Assembly (NCBI GenBank): GCA_964517155.1
Contig: CAZFAZ010000042.1
Coordinates: 1-44,491, forward strand
DNA: 44,491 bases
Origin: an uncultured Thermoplasmatales archaeon
Lineage (GTDB): Archaea > Thermoplasmatota > E2 > DHVEG-1
Reading direction: 5' to 3'
The notes under the pieces: generated by a model
The model's input: only the letters and a program-made list of their open reading frames with translations
The model's database searches: none
Told to the model about the DNA's origin: nothing
Shown here: in pieces, positions 37,226 through 44,491 of the stretch
Layout: every line of letters begins with the position of its first letter
Position numbering within the stretch: the stretch's first letter is position 1
Translations under genes and position numbers: made by a program

Positions 37226-38654
37226 CCGCCGTCTTGCCTTAGGGGAACTACGAGATCATAAACGAATATATGCAATTATCATCTTAGTTATAGCTCTTAC
37301 AATGACGTCATTTATGCTTGAAAATGCTTATCTAAACTATATGATGCAAGTAGTAGATGATACAACAAAACTTGTGACAAGCGATTCTGTGATTGTTGAT
37401 CCTAGCGCCAATATTCGTGATTTGTATGGCACTCAACCTGAATTAAAAAATGCTGGTGCAATAGCTAGAGATATTGAAAAAAGATTACCAGGATACACAA
37501 CGAGTATTCGTGTGACGGCGCAAGGAACATATGGTTTTGGTACCCAAGGCGAAACAGTAGATGGTTGCACTATACAAGGAATAGAACCTGAAAAAGATAC
37601 AATAATTAGCGGTATCGCAGATAAAATAGTTGAAGGCCGCTTTTTTAGAGAGACAGACCCTATTTTAAGAGGCCACACTCCGCTGTATATTGAAATAAAA
37701 GGACCAAAGGGTTTGCCTGATTTTAGTTATGGTGCTGGTGAAAAACTCAGATCACAAGAAGAGCCGTATCCTATTGTTGTTGGTGCTACCGCAGCAAAAA
37801 TACATCCTTCTATAGGGCTTAATAAAGTTTTATCGTTAACGCTTAGCGTTAGTGGAAAAGAATCGAGTTACGCAACAATTAATGTTAAAGTTATTGGATT
37901 ATATGAAAGTGGGACACCTACGCTTGATGCACTTATGTGGTTTATGCATGCAAATAGCCTGCGTGAAATTAAAAGATATGGTGAAGTCACAGGCCAGGAT
38001 TGGACGATACCCGGGGTTGGTACTTTTAAAGGATACAATCCAATTAAAGTAAATAAAGACAGAGGAGATGTTGTACTTGTCAAAGCACCTACTCCGTTTC
38101 ATAATTTAAACCCAGTTGGTCATTCTCAAGATGTAAGAAGTGAACTAAGTAATATTTTACCTCATTTGAAAGTATATAGCTGGCATGATTTCCTTGTTTA
38201 TATCGCAGGCAGCATGCAAGATGTTGTAACAATAATGCTATGGGGCAGTATCACGGTTACCTTATTTTTGTGTGCCGCTGCAATAAAATATGTAATGGAT
38301 TCCATTGTTATGAGAAAAACCCGTGAGATAGGCAGCTTAAAAGCCTTTGGCGCACGCGATAGAACTATTTTTAAAATTTTTTTATACCAAGGATTATTTA
38401 TCGGTTTTGTCGCAGGTTTTTTAGGACTGCTTCTATCTTTTATAGTGATGACTTTAGTAAACTGGTATGGAATAAATGTTGAGTTTATCGCAGGAACGCA
38501 GCTGAAAATTGGCTTTATAATAAACTGGCTTACCTTTCTTATATCAATATTGTTACCTGTTGTTCTCAGCGTACTTGCAGCAGCGATACCTGCTAAAAAA
38601 GCAAGCATGCTTTCACCTGTTGAAGCTTTAAGAAAAGGAGAATTGGCCCTATAA
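37215..38654 (+). CDS. ABC transporter permease (FtsX/MacB/LolE type)
   Basis: N-terminal TM, large extracytoplasmic loop, RKTREIGSLKAFGA and PAKKASMLSPVEALR. Start taken as ATG 37215. Confidence 0.9.
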   Translation: MAISRRLALGELRDHKRIYAIIILVIALTMTSFMLENAYLNYMMQVVDDTTKLVTSDSVIVDPSANIRDLYGTQPELKNAGAIARDIEKRLPGYTTSIRVTAQGTYGFGTQGETVDGCTIQGIEPEKDTIISGIADKIVEGRFFRETDPILRGHTPLYIEIKGPKGLPDFSYGAGEKLRSQEEPYPIVVGATAAKIHPSIGLNKVLSLTLSVSGKESSYATINVKVIGLYESGTPTLDALMWFMHANSLREIKRYGEVTGQDWTIPGVGTFKGYNPIKVNKDRGDVVLVKAPTPFHNLNPVGHSQDVRSELSNILPHLKVYSWHDFLVYIAGSMQDVVTIMLWGSITVTLFLCAAAIKYVMDSIVMRKTREIGSLKAFGARDRTIFKIFLYQGLFIGFVAGFLGLLLSFIVMTLVNWYGINVEFIAGTQLKIGFIINWLTFLISILLPVVLSVLAAAIPAKKASMLSPVEALRKGELAL

Positions 38655-38850
38655 CTTTAAAGTTATTTTATTACACAACACCTTGAAAAATGCAGGAATA
38701 ATACGTTTGAAAAAAGGAGAAAAAAGCGATAAAATCAGGTATTTTAGCAAGAATAATCTGTGAGAACTCTTTTAATAGAGATACACGTTATTGGTTTTGT
38801 TGTCTAAATAATCAAGACACGACAATATTAAATGGAAAGTGATACCAACT

Positions 38851-39402
38851 GTGATAGAAATAAACGTACAAAATATTGTAGCATCTACAACATTTGCAGA
38901 GAAATTAGATCTGGATGTAATAGCACAATCGTTAGAAGACGCTGAATACGAGCCAGAACAATTCCCAGGTTTAGTATACCGTCTACTTGAACCAAAAACC
39001 GCTACACTACTATTCAGAAGCGGAAAAGCAAACTGTACCGGCGCAAAAAATATTGAAGACGTCCATAAAACAGTCAGCATAATCGCAGAGAAACTAGAAA
39101 GAATAGGTATAAAAGTATATAAAAATCCTGAGATTGTAATCCAGAATATTGTAGCTACCTCTGATCTAGGCGGCGAACTTAACCTTAGTGAAGTAGCTGT
39201 TGCTCTTGGTCTTGAAAATGTAGAATATGAACCTGAACAATTTCCCGGCTTGGTTTATCGGTTAAAAGAACCAAAGGTAGCCATGTTGCTATTTGGATCT
39301 GGCAAAATAGTCTGCGCAGGCGCAAGAAAGAGAGAGGAGGTAAGCTTAGCTGCAGATAAATTATCACAGGAGCTTACTTCGTTAGGTCTTCTAAGAAAGT
39401 AA
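38851..39402 (+). CDS. tbp: TATA-box binding protein
   Basis: Two repeats of QNIVA...EYEPEQFPGLVYRL...LLF.SGK. Start is GTG 38851 or 38839. Confidence 0.97.
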   Translation: MIEINVQNIVASTTFAEKLDLDVIAQSLEDAEYEPEQFPGLVYRLLEPKTATLLFRSGKANCTGAKNIEDVHKTVSIIAEKLERIGIKVYKNPEIVIQNIVATSDLGGELNLSEVAVALGLENVEYEPEQFPGLVYRLKEPKVAMLLFGSGKIVCAGARKREEVSLAADKLSQELTSLGLLRK

Positions 39403-39433
39403 CCACTCTTTTTTAATTTTGAAATTTTATCAC

Positions 39434-39757
39434 TTATTTGCTCTTTCTTGTTAAGATTATTTCAATTGAAGATACGTTGGAAGTTCTACCTTCTTCGTTG
39501 GTGATACTTTCGGTTCCGATTGTTATGTCTTTGATTTTTGCATCTGTTACAAACCTATTTCTTGTTATTTCTGCTGTATCCACCGCGGTACTTATAGAGC
39601 GTCCTCTAGCTTTTATTACAACCTCTTCAGAACCGCTGCCCTGAAACTGTGTAACTACTGCAAGCACATAACTCATCGGTGGTTTTTGCCCAACATATAT
39701 TACGTTTTCATCATTTCTTTTTGCTTTTGTTGCTTTTTCTGTTGTTTCTTCTGTCAT
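39434..39757 (-). CDS. albA: DNA/RNA-binding protein Alba (copy 2)
   Basis: [26 protein letters not shown] and VSSIEI. GAGG at 39766-69 favours ATG 39757. Confidence 0.95.
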   Translation of the reverse strand: MTEETTEKATKAKRNDENVIYVGQKPPMSYVLAVVTQFQGSGSEEVVIKARGRSISTAVDTAEITRNRFVTDAKIKDITIGTESITNEEGRTSNVSSIEIILTRKSK

Positions 39758-40087
39758 ACTTTCTTCCTCGGTCAAATCATATTTTTGTAACAGCATACAA
39801 AATTAAATAGTTTCCGTCAGAAAAAAAACCCAACCTCGACTGTACAAAAGGATGTTGAAAAGCAGTAGGCAAACAGAATCAAGGCTTGCGGTCTATAAAA
39901 AATTATTTTTTATTATGTTTTCTTCTTTCTTCTGTTAAATAGCCATAATGATAGGCATCATACAGAGTAAAGCGTTGGATGCTTGGGGCGCCTATCTTTT
40001 TCCCATTTTGACTTTTTTACAAAATAACTTTATATACAATTGTTTCAAAAACTAATATCTGTAATCTTTAAGCAGGGTGATAATAAA

Positions 40088-40204
40088 ATGAAATATGTAT
40101 TAAAAAACGGATATGAGGATAAATATGTAACTTATTTAAAAAAACGTTATGGCGCAGACCGTGCTACTTCTTTTTTAAAAAATAAATCATTTTTAAATAA
40201 TTAA
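40088..40204 (+). CDS. 38-aa basic small protein
   Basis: MKYVLKNGYEDKYVTYLKKRYGADRATSFLKNKSFLNN; GGGTGA SD at 40075-80 and TTTATATA TATA box at 40029-36. Missed by the ORF track. Confidence 0.55.
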   Translation: MKYVLKNGYEDKYVTYLKKRYGADRATSFLKNKSFLNN

Positions 40205-40276
40205 GCTTCTAAATTTCAAAAAATTTTTTGAAAAATTGTAAAACTTTAAATGCGCAAAAACGTATTCATTTTCTCT

Positions 40277-40431
40277 GGGGGAATTCGGTAGACCATTAGT
40301 ATGGTAAAGGATGGGTCTTCCATTTCCGATTCCTATAATGTAATATGGTGTTTGGAATTGAGGGGAACCAAATGCGATTTACATCATCACATAAAAAAAA
40401 TAATAAAAAAACAATGCCCGATTCCCCCACA
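40277..40431 (+). ncRNA. Candidate structured non-coding RNA of about 150 nt
   Basis: TTTAAAT TATA box at 40245-51; the 5' GGGGGAAT-T-CGG pairs with the 3' CCG-ATTCCCCC; internal hairpins; T run at 40447-53. Confidence 0.5.
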
Positions 40432-40491
40432 ATCACTTAATCATACTTTTTTTAATCACACGTTAAAAAAAACAAGAAAGCATGTTTTAAT

Positions 40492-41772
40492 TTAAATCAA
40501 TCTTGTTTGTCCTTGAACTTTATATGTAGAAAGTTCTTCAAAAATATCGTCTTCTTTTAAAATTGTAAGAATATCATCTAGAGAAGATGAAACTTTAATA
40601 TCACGCGTTCGCCCGTGCCTCCCCTTAGATATAACACGTGCCGTAATTATACCAAGCATATCAAGCTCACTTATTAAATCTGCAACTCTTCTCTGTGTAA
40701 GTTTATCGGTTCTTGCTTTCTTGGAAAGGTTTTTGTAAATTTCATAAACCTCTCCTGTTGTTATCGCACCTGTTGTGCCTGTTTTTTTATTATGCTGCTC
40801 CTGTAAAAGGATAGCAAGAAGAATAAGTTTAGATTGCGTGGGAAGCGTTCTTACTACTTCCATAATACGATCTATTTCTATTTTATTTTGAGCAAGACGA
40901 ACATGTTTTTTTGTAACGCGGGGCGCCCTGCTTCGCTCTGCAAGCTCCGCGCTCATCCTAAGAAGATCTAAAGCACGTCTTGCATCGCCGTGTTCTTGAG
41001 CCGCAAGAGCACTGCATAAAGGGAGCACGTCAACCTCAACAGACCCTGGTTTAAGAGCAATTTCAATTCGCTGATTTAAAATATCTTGCAATTCACCTGC
41101 GTCGTAAGGTGGAAAAATCATATTTTCTTCTCCAAGACTTGATTTTACACGCGGATCGAGAAATTCTGTGAATTTTAAATCGTTTGAAAGCCCGACAATG
41201 CTTACTTTTGCGTTTTTAAGTTCTGTGTTTATCCTTGAAAGATTATATAGTGCTTCATCACCTTTAAGTTTATCAACTTCATCAAGAATAATGACTATTA
41301 CTCCGCCTGTTTTTTCTATCATCTGTTTAAGCTTTGAATATACTTCGTCTGTAGGCCAGCCGGTAAAAGGAATTCGCTCAGACCATTCATTAATAAAATG
41401 GTTTGCAATGTTTTGTAAAACACGATAATGTGTGTCTACTACCTCACAATTGATATAAATAAAATTAACTTTTTTATTGATTTGTGTTCCTTTCTCAAGT
41501 AATTCTTTGCCTACAAATTTAGTAACAGCTGTTTTGCCTGTTCCTGTTTTACCATAAATAAAGACATTACTTGGTGTTTCATCACGAAGTGCTGGAACTA
41601 AAATTGATGCTAAATTATTGATTTCTTTTTCGCGATGCGGAAGTATTTCCGGCGTATATGTTGGTCTCATTGCCTCCCGGTTAATAAAAATTCCGTCACG
41701 GCTTAACAAATGACCAAAGATATCTGCGTTTACTGTATTTTTTACCGTAAAAATATAACCTCCCGAGTTCAT
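40492..41772 (-). CDS. cdc6: Orc1/Cdc6 replication initiator
   Basis: Motifs LPHRE, YGKTGTGKT, ILDEVD, GDARRALDLLR and ELDMLGII...GRHGRTR winged helix. The ORF-track start at 41850 is probably too long. Confidence 0.96.
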   Translation of the reverse strand: MNSGGYIFTVKNTVNADIFGHLLSRDGIFINREAMRPTYTPEILPHREKEINNLASILVPALRDETPSNVFIYGKTGTGKTAVTKFVGKELLEKGTQINKKVNFIYINCEVVDTHYRVLQNIANHFINEWSERIPFTGWPTDEVYSKLKQMIEKTGGVIVIILDEVDKLKGDEALYNLSRINTELKNAKVSIVGLSNDLKFTEFLDPRVKSSLGEENMIFPPYDAGELQDILNQRIEIALKPGSVEVDVLPLCSALAAQEHGDARRALDLLRMSAELAERSRAPRVTKKHVRLAQNKIEIDRIMEVVRTLPTQSKLILLAILLQEQHNKKTGTTGAITTGEVYEIYKNLSKKARTDKLTQRRVADLISELDMLGIITARVISKGRHGRTRDIKVSSSLDDILTILKEDDIFEELSTYKVQGQTRLI

Positions 41773-41844
41773 TGTAATCAACAGATTAATATTAAAAAGT
41801 TTTGTATGTTTTTTTTCTTTACTTCTCCTATAAAATAAATATAA

Positions 41845-42046
41845 GACCAAGCCCCTTATTTCCAGTGGAGAAATATTATTGTTTATGGTTTCATCTTAAA
41901 ATTTTTTTAAAAATATAATTTTAAAAATGGAAGAATTCAAATACTAAAAATTTCATAACTATCTGGCTATACTTATCGTCTATTTTTTCTAGCATTTTTT
42001 GTATACTTACAAAAATAGTTTCCACACGAAACAAAGGGGTCGGTCT
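41845..42046. other. Probable replication origin: two inverted ORB elements flanking an AT-rich unwinding region
   Basis: Minus-strand TCCACTGGAAATAAGGGG (41852-69) and plus-strand TTCCACACGAAACAAAGGGG (42020-39), both followed by GGTCT, immediately upstream of cdc6. Confidence 0.8.
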
Positions 42047-42075
42047 AATGAATTGTAAAATATTATAGCGCCGGC

Positions 42076-42099
42076 GTGCAGGGGAAGGGATTTGAACCC
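42076..42099 (-). repeat. tRNA(Leu)-like 3'-end fragment, copy 1 (att-like direct repeat)
   Basis: Reverse complement GGGTTCAAATCCCTTCCCCTGCAC is a T-arm plus acceptor 3' strand; no 5' half is adjacent. Confidence 0.75.
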
Positions 42100-42196
42100 G
42101 TGATTACTGGTAAAAATTAACTTTTACTCCCGTTGAGCATAAAAGCAAGGGCAGGTTTATAAGTAATTAATTCATTTTAGGATTGAGGAGAAGAGG

Positions 42197-42406
42197 ATGA
42201 ATAAAAACAAAACATTAATTATCGGCGGTAGCGCAGGGATGATTTTTGTTATCATTGGTATGACTATTATCATATCTAATATGATAGGATTACCTATTAT
42301 CGCCGGGGGCTTATTTGCTGCCTTAATCGGTATAACTTTTATCACAATTGGTGGAATAATTTCATTTATAGCTCAAACGATAGCTAAAAAACAAATGAAA
42401 AAATGA
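42197..42406 (+). CDS. Small two-TM orphan membrane protein (69 aa)
   Basis: GAGGAG SD and TTTATAA box upstream; two Gly-rich hydrophobic helices and a basic tail. Confidence 0.7.
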   Translation: MNKNKTLIIGGSAGMIFVIIGMTIIISNMIGLPIIAGGLFAALIGITFITIGGIISFIAQTIAKKQMKK

Positions 42407-42482
42407 AATCAACTTTAAAGAGAAGTTTATACGCAATTAGTTGTTTTAAATTGTAGTTTGAAGGGAGAAAAACAATAAATTA

Positions 42483-42506
42483 GTGCAGGGGAAGGGATTT
42501 GGACCC
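42483..42506 (-). repeat. tRNA(Leu)-like 3'-end fragment, copy 2
   Basis: GTGCAGGGGAAGGGATTTGGACCC, 23 of 24 nt identical to 42076-42099. Confidence 0.75.
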
Positions 42507-42596
42507 CTGGAATTAAAAATAATTTTTATAAATAACAATTCTTTAATTACAAAATAATAAATCAAACAGAGTTATAAAAAAATAGTTATTGTGGGC

Positions 42597-42836
42597 TTAT
42601 TTCCCGCCAATTATAATAACATCTTTTACAGATTTTATTGAATTAAACGGAAACACAAGATGACCTTGGTTGTCTAAATGATACAAACGAGGATCTACAT
42701 CATCAGATGGCTCAATGAGAACACCAACAAGATCTCCTGTTTTAGTATCAACAGTAGTGTTTCTCATAACACCAAGATACAAACCTTCCTCAGTCATAAC
42801 TGTCTTTCCTCTTAGTTCATTTTCAGTTATTCTCAA
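42597..42836 (-). CDS. PRC-barrel domain protein
   Basis: LRGKTVMTEEGLYLG...VDTKTG...PFNSIKSVKDVIII; AGGAGG SD before TTG. Confidence 0.85.
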   Translation of the reverse strand: MRITENELRGKTVMTEEGLYLGVMRNTTVDTKTGDLVGVLIEPSDDVDPRLYHLDNQGHLVFPFNSIKSVKDVIIIGGK

Positions 42837-42868
42837 TTTATTTCCCTCCTTTTTATATTATACAAACT

Positions 42869-44491
42869 TTACATATATTGAATGTCTTTGTCGCTTTTAT
42901 CCTTTTTGGCGATACCGCTACCAAGAGTTTCAGAAATTTTATTATAAAACTTAAGAATATTGGGGGTAATTGATGCCCGTACATCTTCACTTGCTTTGTC
43001 AAAATGAACCTTTTTAATTTTAGTTGCCTTTTCGTTTTCACGAATTGAAAGCATCGCTGCCTCGCGGCACAAAGCCTCGATATCTGCACCCGAATAATTC
43101 TCTGTGCTTTCAGCCAAATGCTTAATATTTACATCTTTATCAAGAGGCATATTTTTTGTATGAATCTTAAAAATCTCTAAACGCGCCTCTTTATCAGGAG
43201 CAGGAATCAAAACTAATCTATCAAAACGACCAGGGCGCAATAAACTTGGATCGATTATATCTGGTCTGTTTGTAGCACCAATTACCACAACGCCTTCCAT
43301 ACTTTCCATGCCATCGATACTTGTAAGCAGTTGATTTACAACACTATCAGTTACATGACTTCCAGTATCAGTGCCGCGCATAGGTGCAATGCTGTCAAGT
43401 TCATCTAAGAATACTATAGTTGGGGCTACCTGGCGTGCTTTTTTGAATAGTTCACGAACTGCTTTTTCTGATTCTCCAACCCACTTACTCATAACTTCAG
43501 GACCTTTAATGCTGATAAAATTTGCTTTAGATTCACTTGCGACAGCCTTTGCAAGGAGAGTTTTACCTGTTCCGGGTGGGCCATACAGCAAAACACCACG
43601 TGGGGGATTTATACCCATTCTCTTGAAAACATCGGGCTTTGTAAGAGGCCATTCAACTGCCTCTTGCAACTGTTGTTTTGCTATTTGAAGACCGCCTACG
43701 TCATTCCAGTTAACTTTAGGTATTTCAATTAAAAACTCACGCATAGCAGAAGGCTCAATTCCTCGATGAGCATTTTTGAAATCCTCCATGTTTACTTCCA
43801 TTTTTTCAAGAACCTCGACAGGAATTGGTTTTTCAAGGTCAATTTCGGGCAGATATCTTCTAAGTGCACTCATTGCTGCTTCTCTTGCAAGAGCCGCAAG
43901 ATCTGCACCTACATACCCGTAGGTGAATTCGGCTAAATCATCAAGCTTTGCATCTTCTGTAAGAGGCATACCACGCGTATGAATCTGAAGGATCTCTTTA
44001 CGGCCTGCTACATCTGGAGCATCTATTCTTATTTCTCTGTCAAATCGTCCCGGGCGCCTTAGCGCAGGGTCAAGCGTGTCAGGTATATTTGTAGCACCAA
44101 TAACAATTAATTTTCCACGACCTTTAAGACCATCCATAAGTGTAAGCATCTGAGATACAACACGGCGCTCTACTTCTCCATGTACTTCAGAGCGTTTAGG
44201 AGCGATTGCGTCAATTTCATCGATGAATATAATGCTTGGTGCATTTTTTTCCGCTTCTTCAAAAATTTTACGAAGATTTTCTTCGGATTGACCGTAGAAT
44301 TTTGACATAACTTCAGGACCATTAATCGTATAAAAGTTTGCACCCGATTCATTTGCAACAGCTTTTGCAATAAGTGTTTTGCCTGTTCCTGGTGGACCGT
44401 GTAAAAGAACTCCTTTAGGCGGGTCGATTCCAAGTCTGTCAAAAAGCTCTGGATGTTTAAGAGGAAGTTCTATCATTTCTCGAACTTTTGA
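42869..44491 (-). CDS. cdc48: CDC48/VAT AAA+ ATPase, partial; the N-terminus lies past the right edge
   Basis: Two AAA modules (GPPGTGKT twice, DEID/DELD, RPGRFDR twice); C-terminus IQYM. Confidence 0.95.
   Translation of the reverse strand, partial: SKVREMIELPLKHPELFDRLGIDPPKGVLLHGPPGTGKTLIAKAVANESGANFYTINGPEVMSKFYGQSEENLRKIFEEAEKNAPSIIFIDEIDAIAPKRSEVHGEVERRVVSQMLTLMDGLKGRGKLIVIGATNIPDTLDPALRRPGRFDREIRIDAPDVAGRKEILQIHTRGMPLTEDAKLDDLAEFTYGYVGADLAALAREAAMSALRRYLPEIDLEKPIPVEVLEKMEVNMEDFKNAHRGIEPSAMREFLIEIPKVNWNDVGGLQIAKQQLQEAVEWPLTKPDVFKRMGINPPRGVLLYGPPGTGKTLLAKAVASESKANFISIKGPEVMSKWVGESEKAVRELFKKARQVAPTIVFLDELDSIAPMRGTDTGSHVTDSVVNQLLTSIDGMESMEGVVVIGATNRPDIIDPSLLRPGRFDRLVLIPAPDKEARLEIFKIHTKNMPLDKDVNIKHLAESTENYSGADIEALCREAAMLSIRENEKATKIKKVHFDKASEDVRASITPNILKFYNKISETLGSGIAKKDKSDKDIQYM

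Noticed and set aside
38851..39402. Internal direct repeat in tbp
   Set aside because: This is the normal two-fold repeat of TBP.
39935..40006. Minus-strand ATG GGA AAA AGA TAG as a pyrrolysine readthrough ORF
   Set aside because: No SD, the readthrough product is short and featureless, and there are no pyl genes in the window.
40277..40431. tRNA (with intron) or C/D-box sRNA
   Set aside because: The acceptor-like stem has no T-loop or D-arm. A minus-strand GTGATGA C-box lacks a matching CTGA D-box.
40301..40495. 64-aa plus-strand ORF
   Set aside because: No SD, it runs through poly-A tracts, and it overlaps a region better explained as structured RNA.
42076..42506. Complete tRNA genes or a mini CRISPR array
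   Set aside because: Only 3' tRNA fragments are present; the 383-bp spacer contains a gene, and there are no cas genes.

Overview
AT-rich archaeal chromosomal window. The gene set (TBP, two Alba, Orc1/Cdc6, CDC48/VAT, alpha2-type tRNA splicing endonuclease, GatD, NMD3, IorAB) points to Thermoplasmatota, possibly a sediment peptide fermenter; the lineage call is inference. Most of the window is housekeeping and amino-acid/nitrogen metabolism: pycBA, archaeal asparagine synthetase with a divergent Lrp gene, panE, truA, gatD, iorAB, pyrG, nfnAB, gdh, glnA, three membrane-anchored hydrolases and an NSS transporter. The right end holds a probable replication origin (two inverted ORB boxes upstream of cdc6). 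Most notable: (1) a 999-aa protein behind gdh that fuses two receiver-like domains to a PEP-synthase-type ATP-grasp domain and a His-containing tail but has no pyruvate-binding barrel, a candidate non-canonical phospho-signalling enzyme; (2) direct repeats of a tRNA(Leu)-like 3' end flanking an orphan gene next to the origin, with a degenerate third copy before another orphan; (3) an unannotated ~150-nt structured RNA candidate with its own TATA box; (4) three small ORFs missed by the ORF track, including an acidic zinc-finger microprotein divergent from glnA; (5) a ThiI homologue with a degenerate PP-loop. I found no CRISPR array, transposase, integrase, rRNA or complete tRNA. All calls come from reading motifs by eye; no searches were run.
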